DNA of 64,000 nucleotides from Myxococcales bacterium (GTDB lineage Bacteria; Myxococcota_A; Polyangia; Polyangiales; Polyangiaceae): NCBI GenBank assembly GCA_043747615.1, contig JAYTOU010000023.1, positions 128,001 to 192,000 of the forward strand, read 5' to 3'. Shown piece by piece: positions 1 to 8,411 of this stretch (position 1 is its first letter; each line of letters starts with the position of its first letter). The notes under the pieces were generated by a model. It saw only the letters and a program-made list of their open reading frames with translations, ran no database searches and was not told where the DNA came from. The position numbers and the translations under genes were made by a program.

Positions 1-853
1 GCTGCGCCGGATCCCGCGTGACGCTGCGGGCGAACCATGCGTTGAAACCGGGCGGGAGACGATCGACGCAGCCGAGCTCATGAGCGCGGGCGGTGGGAAC
101 GAGAAGCGGATCGATGGTCACCTCGCGAAGGAGAACGCCGTTCTTTTGCGCGCGCCAGAAGCGATGGCCGGTGAGAAGGAAGAATGCGAGGAGCCCGAGC
201 GACCAGACGTCGGAGGTGAGGTCGACGCGGCCTGCGCTGCACTGCTCCGGCGAAGCCCACAGAGGATCGGACGCCGGTGCGCTTGGGGCGACGGCGCGCT
301 TTGCGTTGGCGAGGATCTTCGAGATGCCGAAGTTGAGGACCTTCACCGAACGCGACTGGTCGGTCAGAATGATGCTCTCCGGGCGAAGTGCGCCGTGAAC
401 GACTCCGTTCGCGTGGGCGATGGCGAGGACGCCCGCCACCTGGGCGAGCACCGCAGCCGCATGCGCCACGGGAAGTGGGCCCCGGCGACTCACGGCTGTT
501 GCCAGATCCTCGCCGACGAACGGCTCGAATGCGAGCCAGGGAATCGACGACGCATCGTCGACACCGGAAGCAAAGGCGACCGCGGCCTGGGGACTTGCCA
601 CGCGCGCGCCCTCCAGGCTCTGCTCGGCAAAGCGCTCGCGAAAGGCTTTTCCGGGAACGACGGGGGCGAAGAGCTGCTCCACGACGCAGCGAGTCCCACG
701 CGACACCCGGTCGGCCACGTAAAGCGCACTGTACTCGGATTTCGAGAGCAGCTGGACGAGGCGGAAATCTCCACCAAAAAAGGCCCCTTCCGCGGGGGCA
801 GGCGGCAGGACCGACGGGGTCAGCGACGCAGTGGCAGGCGAGGAAGAATTCAC
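1..853 (-). CDS. Ser/Thr kinase-like protein, probable pseudokinase (3' end runs off the window; absent from the ORF track)
   Basis: Hand translation from GTG 853 (GGAG upstream) gives ...FGGDFRLVQLLSKSEYSALY...CVVEQL...LAIAHANGVVHGALRPESIIL...VKVLNFGISK...LWASPEQ...SDVWSLG. Kinase subdomain order is intact but the catalytic motifs are altered. Confidence 0.85.
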   Translation of the reverse strand, partial: MNSSSPATASLTPSVLPPAPAEGAFFGGDFRLVQLLSKSEYSALYVADRVSRGTRCVVEQLFAPVVPGKAFRERFAEQSLEGARVASPQAAVAFASGVDDASSIPWLAFEPFVGEDLATAVSRRGPLPVAHAAAVLAQVAGVLAIAHANGVVHGALRPESIILTDQSRSVKVLNFGISKILANAKRAVAPSAPASDPLWASPEQCSAGRVDLTSDVWSLGLLAFFLLTGHRFWRAQKNGVLLREVTIDPLLVPTARAHELGCVDRLPPGFNAWFARSVTRDPAQ

Positions 854-967
854 TGCGGCCTCCGGCTCTCGTAGGCCGCAAGTCCAGGCTGGCTGATTTG
901 AATGCGCTTCATCTTTGACTGATACGACGCCCAGCTGCGTTTCTTCCCTGTATTTCCGGAAAAAATC

Positions 968-994
968 CGGCCCCTCTCGCGGGTCGTTTTTTTT
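968..994 (+). terminator. Intrinsic-terminator-like hairpin with T8
   Basis: CGGCCC-ctctcgc-GGGTCG (6 bp stem with one G-U) followed by TTTTTTTT at 987-994. Confidence 0.4.
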
Positions 995-1052
995 CACGAC
1001 ACGACCACCGAGGCCGTAGCGCGCAACGTTGCGCCCGTCGTCGCTTTGGGGG

Positions 1053-1685
1053 ATGGTGCGGCCGGTGCGGTGGCGAGCGATCATCACGGCCGGGGTCGTG
1101 CTCATGAGCACGCTCGCGAGCTGCGGAAGCAACCCCGCGGCGACCAAAGCATGCACCGGAAACGGTCACGCGTGCACGACCGACGTGCAGTGCTGCACGT
1201 CGTACTGCATGCTCACCGGACAGGCGGCGTACTGCCAGGAGAAGGCCGCGCAGGATGCCCAGTGCTCGCAGGACAAGGAGTTCTGCACCGAGGACCGCCA
1301 CTGCTGCGCGGGGCTCTGCGACAAGGGCGCGTGCGTCGGTTCCTCCGGCGGGAGCACGCCGAGCTGCCACGGAATCACGTCGGCGTGCACGTCGGCGGCA
1401 CAGTGCTGCAGCCAGGTCTGCAATGGGTCTCCCGGCGCGATGGCTTGCAAGCCAGCCGTCGCGGGCGGAGGCGGAACGTGTGCGGGCGGCGGGGAGCCGT
1501 GCGGCACGGCCGCCGAGTGCTGCACTGGGCTTTGCATTCCGACCGGGAGCGGCGGAAACGCCTGCGCGGTGGGGGGCGGCGGTGGCGGCAGCAACTGCGG
1601 AAAAAGCGGGGCAACCTGCACCTCCGGTTCCGACTGTTGTACCGGGGATTGCCTCGCAGCTAGCGCCTCGAAATCTTGCCGCTGA
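1053..1685 (+). CDS. Cys-rich lipoprotein with five tandem knottin-like (C-C-CC-C-C) repeats
   Basis: Signal peptide with lipobox LASC; five copies of C-x6-C-x5-CC-x3-C-x(4-9)-C; start taken at ATG 1053. Confidence 0.85.
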   Translation: MVRPVRWRAIITAGVVLMSTLASCGSNPAATKACTGNGHACTTDVQCCTSYCMLTGQAAYCQEKAAQDAQCSQDKEFCTEDRHCCAGLCDKGACVGSSGGSTPSCHGITSACTSAAQCCSQVCNGSPGAMACKPAVAGGGGTCAGGGEPCGTAAECCTGLCIPTGSGGNACAVGGGGGGSNCGKSGATCTSGSDCCTGDCLAASASKSCR

Positions 1686-1859
1686 GGCTGATCGCTATCT
1701 CGACGCGCATACCGCAGCTGTGACCGCGCGAGCTCAGCGGGTGATGTCGATGTTGTAGGTGCCCGCGGCTGTGGAGAGTGGTGACGAAGCGGGTGCGACT
1801 CTCAGCCAACGGCGACAATGCGTCATGGCGCGCGCCTTTCGTGTAACCATTCGTGCACC

Positions 1860-2876
1860 ATGCGCCAAATCTGGATCACCAAAATCGGCTCTCCCGAAGT
1901 CCTTCAAGTGCGCGAAGCTCCCGATCCCAAACCGTCGGCGGGCGAGGTCCGCATCCGCGTTCACGCGGCGGGGATCAACTTCGCCGACCTGATGGCGCGG
2001 GTGGGCCTCTACCCCGACGCGCCGAAGCTCCCCTGCGTGGTGGGTTACGAAGTCTCTGGCACCATCGACGAGGTGGGCGCAGGCGTCACGGACTTCAAGG
2101 CGGGAGATCGCGTCTTCGGGATGCCCCACTTCGGCGGCTACACCGACACGCTCGTCATTCCAGCAGAGATGACCTTCATGATGCCGCGCGCGATGAGCTT
2201 CGAAGAGGCGGCCGCGCTCCCGGTGGTCTACCTCACGGCCTACAACATGATGCTGTTCAACGGGAACCTCCGCGAAGGCTCGAGCGTCCTCATCCATTCC
2301 GCAGCGGGCGGCGTCGGGCTCGCAGCGATCCAGATCGCCAAGACTCGAAACTGCGTGATTTACGGCACCGCGTCGAAGTCGAAGCACGCCTTTCTCCGCG
2401 AGCAAGGCTGCGATCACCCCATTGATTCGAGCGGTGATCTCACGGCACAGATGCGCGCTGTGATGGGCAATAGTCGCGGCCTCGATCTGGTGCTTGATCC
2501 GGTCGGCGGAAAATCCTGGACGGAGGGCTACGATCTCCTCGGTCCGTGCGGGCGGCTCGTGGCCTTCGGTCTGTCCTCCGCCTCGTCGGGCAAGACGCGT
2601 AACCTGCTCCACGCCGCGGGCCAGCTGCTTCGGATCAAAAAGTGGAGCCCGATGAAGCTGATGGAGGACAACAAGACCGTCGGCGGCACGAACATGGGTC
2701 ACCTCTTCGACCGCCTCGATCTCCTGCGGCCACAGTTTCTCGGGCTGCTCGAGATGTACGACGCAGGGAAGATCAAACCGCGGATCGACAAGACCTTCAC
2801 ATTCGACGAGGCGCCGCTCGCCCACCATTACATTCACGACCGCAAAGCGATGGGTAAGGTTTTACTTCTGGCGTGA
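1860..2876 (+). CDS. MDR-superfamily NADPH:quinone oxidoreductase, VAT-1-like
   Basis: GINFAD, GYEVSG, HSAAGGVG nucleotide-binding motif, C-terminal GKVLL; no catalytic Zn ligands evident. Confidence 0.9.
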   Translation: MRQIWITKIGSPEVLQVREAPDPKPSAGEVRIRVHAAGINFADLMARVGLYPDAPKLPCVVGYEVSGTIDEVGAGVTDFKAGDRVFGMPHFGGYTDTLVIPAEMTFMMPRAMSFEEAAALPVVYLTAYNMMLFNGNLREGSSVLIHSAAGGVGLAAIQIAKTRNCVIYGTASKSKHAFLREQGCDHPIDSSGDLTAQMRAVMGNSRGLDLVLDPVGGKSWTEGYDLLGPCGRLVAFGLSSASSGKTRNLLHAAGQLLRIKKWSPMKLMEDNKTVGGTNMGHLFDRLDLLRPQFLGLLEMYDAGKIKPRIDKTFTFDEAPLAHHYIHDRKAMGKVLLLA

Positions 2877-2886
2877 GCCGAGGCCA

Positions 2887-3372
2887 CTAGCTGACCGAGC
2901 GAATTTCGTATTCGCGGAGGCCTTGCTGCACCCGCACCTCGGCGACGTCACCCGAGCTTTTGCCGAGAAGCGCCTGGCCGACGGGAGACTGAGGGGTGAT
3001 CACCTGCACCTCGGTACCGCCGACGGTCACCCGCATTCCGCCGCCGAACGGACATACGAAATAGGTTAGATGCGCCCCCTCGAGGCTGACCTCGACGATG
3101 GCCGAGAGATCGATCTGATCTCCCTTCGCGAACTGGCGGAGCACCATGAATTTGAGGGAATTCGTGACCTTCTCGAGCTCCGTCACGCGCTTGGCTTGAG
3201 CTCCGGCGAGGTAAGACAGCTCGAGGCCGCGGGTGTCCTTGTCGTTCTCCGGCTTGGACTCTTCGTGCGTCGCGGCTTCACGCGCATCACGCGCGGCCTT
3301 GGCAATGATCGCTGACTCGCGAGCAATCTCCGCCTCGAGAGCCAGGATGATTTCCCGCTTCTCGAGCCTCAC
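2887..3372 (-). CDS. GreA/GreB-family transcription elongation factor (ATHEE..EN subtype)
   Basis: N-terminal coiled coil [24 protein letters not shown]-terminal [19 protein letters not shown]re motif. Confidence 0.8.
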   Translation of the reverse strand: MRLEKREIILALEAEIARESAIIAKAARDAREAATHEESKPENDKDTRGLELSYLAGAQAKRVTELEKVTNSLKFMVLRQFAKGDQIDLSAIVEVSLEGAHLTYFVCPFGGGMRVTVGGTEVQVITPQSPVGQALLGKSSGDVAEVRVQQGLREYEIRSVS

Positions 3373-5930
3373 GTCCCAACCCGTCTCAGCTGCAGAAGGG
3401 GCCGCCCCGCCTCACGTGCCCGTGCAAGATCGATGGTGCACGACAGGAGCCAGTCATTGGCCTCGTCGGGGTCGAGAAGAATCTGCTCGACCTCCCAGCT
3501 CGCGTCGCCCTTTTCGATCTTCGTGAGCGCGGGGCTGCGAGCCGGAGGGTCGACCCGCAGCGACGCATGCTCGTCGAAGTACGGACGAAACGCATCTTCC
3601 AGTCGTTTGGCGGTCCAGCGTTCGTCGCCCGTTGCGTCGCTCGGTTCCACCACCTCCGCCGCGGTCGCGTAGTCCCGCCGGGCAAGAGCGCGCATGAGGC
3701 GGAACATCTCGTTTCGCACGAGGACGGTGAACGCTCCTTCGTCGCGCGTGATGTCCTGGGAGCCTGACGGCTCGGCGATCGCCTCTGCCCCCCCCGCTCC
3801 GACGCGTGGCATGGCTTCGTTCGCTCGCGACGGATCGCGCATCCGCTCCCACTCGTCGAGCAAGCTCGAATCGACCTGGCGAACGACGGCCCCGAAGTAG
3901 GTAATGATGGCGTCGATCTCTTCGGTCTTCGCGCGCTCCGGCACCGTTTGCACGAGGACTTTGTAGACGTCCGAAAGGAAGCGCAAAAGAAGCCCTTCGG
4001 CGCGTTGTAGATCGTATTCGCGGACGTACTCGGCGAAGGACTGGAAGGTCTCGTACATCTCACGCGCTACCGATTTGGGCCGGATGTTCGCGGCTCCGAC
4101 CCAGGGGTGCTTCGCTGCGAATGCATTGAACGACAGGTAGATGAACTCCTTGTTCGGCTTCGGGTACTCCATCTTGTCGAGCTCGGCGATGCGCTCGTCG
4201 TACTCCACGCCGGCGGCCTTCATCTCAGCCATCTTCAGGGTCTTCAGCCGATCGAGCTGCTTCATGAGCACGAGCTCCGGATTTTCGAGAATGGACTCCA
4301 CGAGCGTCAATAAGTCGAGCGCGTGCGTGGGACTCTCGGGATCGAGAAGCGGTATCGTCTCGTGCAAATAAAGAGACAAAGTCTGATTGAGCGAAAAGTC
4401 GACCTGGAGGTCCTGGTTAACGGTGAGACGCTTGCCTTCGCCGAGCTCGATGATCCCCGCGTCGATGAGCGAACGGAGCATCATCATGGCCATTTTGCCG
4501 TGGATTCGCTTCTCGGCGCGCCGCTCGTGCGAATCGCGAATGAGATGCGCGATGGCCTTGCATCCTCCCCCCGGGCGCTCGAGGACGTTGAGGAGCATTC
4601 CGTGCGTCACCTGGAATCGTGACTGCAATGGCTCGGGAGGCGAAGTGGTCAATCGCACGAACGTCGCTCTATCCCAATGAACGTATCCCTTGTCCGGCGG
4701 TTTCTTCTTTACGAGACGGCGCTTCTTTCCCGGATCGTTCCCTGCTTTGGCGTCGAGACGCAGGTTCTCGATCACGTGCTCCGGGGCCTGGGCCACCACG
4801 CTTCCTTGGTTGTCGAAGCCCTTGCGCCCTGCCCGCCCGCTGATCTGATGAAAATCACGGACGCTGAGGATCCCCGTCTTTTCGCCGTCGAACTTGCAGA
4901 GCTTCGTAAAGAGGACGGTGCGAATCGGGATGTTCACGCCGACGCCGAGCGTATCCGTCCCGCAGATGATCTTGAGATGCCCGCGTTGCGCGAGCTTCTC
5001 GATGACCAAGCGGTATTTTGGAAGGAGTCCCGCGTGATGGATTCCAATGCCGTGCTTGATGAATTTTTGGACCTCTTTGCCGTAGGGGCTGTCGAAGCGA
5101 ATCCCCGAAATTGCCGCCAAGATCGCCTTTTTTTCGTCCTTCGTGCAGAAGTCGGTGCTCATCAAGTTCTGCGCTTCTTCGGCGCACGCCCGCTGCGTGA
5201 AGTTGACGACGTAGATCGGCGACTTTCCTTTTTCGATGAGGTCGGCCACCGTCTCGTGGAGCGGCGTCTCGCGGTACTCGAAGTCGAGGGGCACCGGACG
5301 GTCGGTCGAGCGGATCACCGCGGTCGGTCTTCCGGTGAGGTCGTTCAAATACTTCTCGAACGGCTCCGTATTTCCGAGCGTCGCCGACATGAGGAGAAAG
5401 GTCGCGTTCGGCAACGTGAGGAGCGGTATCTGCCAGGCCACTCCGCGATCGCGATCGGCATAATAGTGGAACTCGTCCATCACCACGAAGTCGACGTCGG
5501 CATCCGCGCCCTCGCGAAGGGCCATGTTGGCGAGGATCTCGGCCGTGCAGCAGATGATCGGCGCATCGCGATTCACGCTCGCGTCTCCGGTCATCATCCC
5601 GACGTTGTCGGGACCGAAATCCTCGCAAAGCGCGAAGAACTTTTCGCTGACCAGGGCCTTGATGGGACAGGTGTAAAACGAGCGTTTTCCTCGGGCCATC
5701 GAGGCGAAATGCATGGCCGTAGCCACCAACGATTTTCCCGAGCCGGTGGGCGTATTGAGGATGACGTTCTTCCCCGAGACCACTTCGAGGAGCGCCTCCT
5801 CTTGCGCGGGATAGAGCTCGAGCTTCTGCTCCGCGACGTAGGCGAGAAAGCCATTGAGAATGGCGTCGTCGTCCGCGCTCCCTACCGGAGGCAGTCTGCG
5901 CGCGAGGGGCGCGCCTTCGAGCGCACTCAC
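3369..5930 (-). CDS. Ski2/HelY-like DExH-box SF2 helicase (DUF3516-type)
   Basis: [46 protein letters not shown] motifs. Confidence 0.92.
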   Translation of the reverse strand: MSALEGAPLARRLPPVGSADDDAILNGFLAYVAEQKLELYPAQEEALLEVVSGKNVILNTPTGSGKSLVATAMHFASMARGKRSFYTCPIKALVSEKFFALCEDFGPDNVGMMTGDASVNRDAPIICCTAEILANMALREGADADVDFVVMDEFHYYADRDRGVAWQIPLLTLPNATFLLMSATLGNTEPFEKYLNDLTGRPTAVIRSTDRPVPLDFEYRETPLHETVADLIEKGKSPIYVVNFTQRACAEEAQNLMSTDFCTKDEKKAILAAISGIRFDSPYGKEVQKFIKHGIGIHHAGLLPKYRLVIEKLAQRGHLKIICGTDTLGVGVNIPIRTVLFTKLCKFDGEKTGILSVRDFHQISGRAGRKGFDNQGSVVAQAPEHVIENLRLDAKAGNDPGKKRRLVKKKPPDKGYVHWDRATFVRLTTSPPEPLQSRFQVTHGMLLNVLERPGGGCKAIAHLIRDSHERRAEKRIHGKMAMMMLRSLIDAGIIELGEGKRLTVNQDLQVDFSLNQTLSLYLHETIPLLDPESPTHALDLLTLVESILENPELVLMKQLDRLKTLKMAEMKAAGVEYDERIAELDKMEYPKPNKEFIYLSFNAFAAKHPWVGAANIRPKSVAREMYETFQSFAEYVREYDLQRAEGLLLRFLSDVYKVLVQTVPERAKTEEIDAIITYFGAVVRQVDSSLLDEWERMRDPSRANEAMPRVGAGGAEAIAEPSGSQDITRDEGAFTVLVRNEMFRLMRALARRDYATAAEVVEPSDATGDERWTAKRLEDAFRPYFDEHASLRVDPPARSPALTKIEKGDASWEVEQILLDPDEANDWLLSCTIDLARAREAGRPLLQLRRVGT

Positions 5931-5936
5931 TTCAGC

Positions 5937-6353
5937 TCAAACGGACGCGACGAGCTTCATCAGTGTTCCGCATAGCTTCGACTGCGGATCGCGCTCTCGT
6001 TCGATGTCGAGCCCCGCTTTGAACGTGATCGCCGCAGCAGCTTCATCCCCGGTCTTGACCTGACACATCCCGAGCATCTCGTAGTCGGCGGGCTCTTTGT
6101 GCGCGTCGACGAGGGCTTGCAGCCGCGCCTTCGCTACCTCGTGCGCTGCTTGGATCGGAGGCGGGGTCGGGAACGGAATTCCCTTGGCGAGCACCATGAG
6201 CTTCAGGGCTTGGCGCTGGTCCTCGGGGCGGTACTCGGCGAACGCTGGGCTCGCATAGAGCTGCGCGTACGCCGCGTACGCCTCGTCGGTCTTTCCCGCT
6301 TTGGCGAGACCCATGATGTCTTTGATCGCCGCCACCAATGCTTCGTTGGCCAT
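5937..6353 (-). CDS. Hypothetical helical (TPR-like) protein
   Basis: Good GC3 bias; Ala-rich helices; co-oriented with a 6 nt gap to the helicase; start taken at MANEALV. Confidence 0.7.
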   Translation of the reverse strand: MANEALVAAIKDIMGLAKAGKTDEAYAAYAQLYASPAFAEYRPEDQRQALKLMVLAKGIPFPTPPPIQAAHEVAKARLQALVDAHKEPADYEMLGMCQVKTGDEAAAAITFKAGLDIERERDPQSKLCGTLMKLVASV

Positions 6354-6440
6354 GCCTTCACCATACACGCAGCGGAGGGCGATGCAGAGACCTCATCGCG
6401 CTCAGCCTTACCGCTCTCATCGCCGCGCGGCTTTCACTTG

Positions 6441-6539
6441 CTACTTGCTGGCGGTCTTCTCCTTCTTCTTCTTTTGCTTCTCTTTGGTGGTCATCTTGGG
6501 CTTGTTGTTCTTCTTGGGTTTCTCTTGACCTTTGGCCAT
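6441..6539 (-). CDS. Small Lys-rich protein, 32 aa (MAKGQEKPKKNNKPKMTTKEKQKKKKEKTASK)
   Basis: ATG 6539 to TAG 6441, GGAGG RBS just upstream, AAG-biased Lys codons; below the ORF-track cutoff. Confidence 0.7.
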   Translation of the reverse strand: MAKGQEKPKKNNKPKMTTKEKQKKKKEKTASK

Positions 6540-6589
6540 GGCTTCCTCCGTCGGTGTGGGGACTGCAAACGGAGAATAAGCGAGCCTCC

Positions 6590-6605
6590 CAGTTGGATCC
6601 AACTG
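6590..6605. repeat. Perfect 16-bp palindrome CAGTTGGATCCAACTG
   Basis: Self-reverse-complementary, intergenic between the wHTH-like gene and the small basic ORF. Confidence 0.6.
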
Positions 6606-6611
6606 AGATCG

Positions 6612-6932
6612 TCACGCAGCGCGGGCGGCGCCCACGTTCGAGGCCCGGGATACGCGGAGGGCCTTGAGCTGCCGGCCCTCCAGGGCCTTCCCGAGCGCGA
6701 ACCCGGCAAGCGTGAGGCGCATTTGCGCCACGTCCATGAGGCCTTGCTTGTGGAGGGCGGAGAGGGCGCGGCGGACATCTACCCGGCGAACACCGAGGTC
6801 GATCGCGAGGCGCTCGGCCGTCAACGCGCTCGAACGCTGCGCAGGTTTCAGCGTTGCGCCCGCCACGTGATCCGCAGCGGCATGACGAAGGATGTGAGCC
6901 GAGAGTGCTTGATAAGATATCGAGTTGGTCAT
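6612..6932 (-). CDS. Small winged-helix-like DNA-binding protein
   Basis: LTAERLAIDLGVRRVDVRRALSALHKQGLMD...RLTLAG HTH/wing pattern; GGAGG before ATG 6932. Confidence 0.65.
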   Translation of the reverse strand: MTNSISYQALSAHILRHAAADHVAGATLKPAQRSSALTAERLAIDLGVRRVDVRRALSALHKQGLMDVAQMRLTLAGFALGKALEGRQLKALRVSRASNVGAARAA

Positions 6933-7217
6933 GATTTGCCTCCGGTTCGAGTCCTTGCAAACATGGATCCGTTCGGAAAACGGTTTGAATGGATTGGCAA
7001 GTTCGGTGCTGTGACTTCGGCCTCCTTGGCCCACGAAGGTTCACAGATCAAGCAATTTTGCCTACATCGACCGCAAATTCGATCGATGCAGTCTCCAATC
7101 ACTTTTCGAACGCGTGATTTATTTGTCGAAAACTTGACACGCTATTTGGATAAGCGCGTTGCTTCGTTGGCTATTCGTTCATCCAGTCACTAGAGCGCCG
7201 AGGATCCAGTCCGAGCC

Positions 7218-8312
7218 TTACGACCAGACCACGTCGCGCATGGCGGCGAGGAGCTTTTGAGCTTCGACGGCCGTGGGTAAGCCTGCCGACCGCGTCAGCT
7301 CGGGCCCGCCCCACGCGACCTCCTTCGACAGCGCGTGCACGGCCGAGCGCATGGCTTGGTCGACCCTCGCGCAGGCGTCTCCGCTCAATTGACCCTTCAT
7401 CCACTGGGTGACCGACCACGCGAGCGCAGCGTGCCGGGTCTCGTCTACGGCGATGCGCTTCATCAGCGCTCGGACGCTCGGATCCTCGGCGCGCTCCGCT
7501 TGCCACATCGCAGTGACGGCGCCGTACGTCTCGCGCACGCAACCTTCGATCGCATTTTCGATGGCGATTTCTTCGAGCGAGCGCTCCGATCGGCGCGGGG
7601 TTGCTGACGGGGCCTTCGGCGTCGCTCCGTTTCGCTTGGCGACCCTCGCCGTCATTCGGGCGTGGCGAACTTCGTCGCGCGCCGCGCGCTCTGCGCCCGC
7701 AACCAAGTTTTTCGGTGCGCCATGTTGGATGAGATCATCGCGGAGGATGAGGAACGCATCGATCGACGCCGCCTCGAGCTCCGCGACAACGGCGAAATAG
7801 TCTCCGAGCGAAGAGGTCGTTGCGCCGGACGCGAGCACGTAGCCTTCCGGCCTCCGCCCGACCGCGCAGCTCGTGCACTCGATCGTGGAGTGGCCTTCTA
7901 TGTTCCGAAAGGAGCAGAACGCGGTGCCCGAGTCGGCGCCGCAATACATCTTGCACTGCTCGTAAGACAGAGGAGCGGCAGCGTCGACGTCGCATGGCGT
8001 GGGGACGTACTTCCAGCAGAATCCACCGCTATCGGGGAGTACCGCCGCATCGTCGCCGCACGTGCCGGGGCCCGCGTCTCCCACGAACTGATCGCGACCT
8101 GGGCTATCGAACGAGAACATTGCGTCCGTGTACGTGCCGCCGTCGCCCTTTGCCCGCGCGTCGGGGCGCTCGTGGCCGGCCGAACCCGAATCCTCGTCGG
8201 CGGCTATCGATTCGATCGCTCCGCCACACGACGCCGCGCCGACCGCGATCGGTGCGCCCATGGACATCATCAACACCCGCCTCAACATGGTCCCCAGTCG
8301 TGCATCCTTCAT
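7218..8312 (-). CDS. Secreted/lipoprotein ferritin-like diiron-domain protein with Cys-rich N-region
   Basis: Lipobox-like AASC; GRRPEG; ELEAAS...DEVRH...ENAIEGCVRE...DETRH (two ExxH motifs). Confidence 0.8.
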   Translation of the reverse strand: MKDARLGTMLRRVLMMSMGAPIAVGAASCGGAIESIAADEDSGSAGHERPDARAKGDGGTYTDAMFSFDSPGRDQFVGDAGPGTCGDDAAVLPDSGGFCWKYVPTPCDVDAAAPLSYEQCKMYCGADSGTAFCSFRNIEGHSTIECTSCAVGRRPEGYVLASGATTSSLGDYFAVVAELEAASIDAFLILRDDLIQHGAPKNLVAGAERAARDEVRHARMTARVAKRNGATPKAPSATPRRSERSLEEIAIENAIEGCVRETYGAVTAMWQAERAEDPSVRALMKRIAVDETRHAALAWSVTQWMKGQLSGDACARVDQAMRSAVHALSKEVAWGGPELTRSAGLPTAVEAQKLLAAMRDVVWS

Positions 8313-8411
8313 GGGCCGTGCGTCTCCAAGATCTACGCCAACGCAGAGCGCACGATTTACAGGGCAAATACAGGTGACTTCGTGTGCCACCGTGCGCCGG
8401 CCACGACTCGT

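Noticed and set aside
78..918. Several ORFs listed in the track (78..881, 80..874, 388..918 and others)
   Set aside because: Shadow frames of the minus-strand pseudokinase, which has no stop inside the window and so was not listed
4677..5975. 432-aa + strand ORF, and similar long antisense ORFs at 14832, 17042, 21020, 40661, 43949, 47514 and 56111
   Set aside because: Antisense to clearly identified genes; typical high-GC artefacts
6956..6971. Possible sigma54 promoter (CGGATCC-ATGT-TTGC, minus strand) before the wHTH gene
   Set aside because: Only the GG-N10-GC core matches; the -24 element is poor
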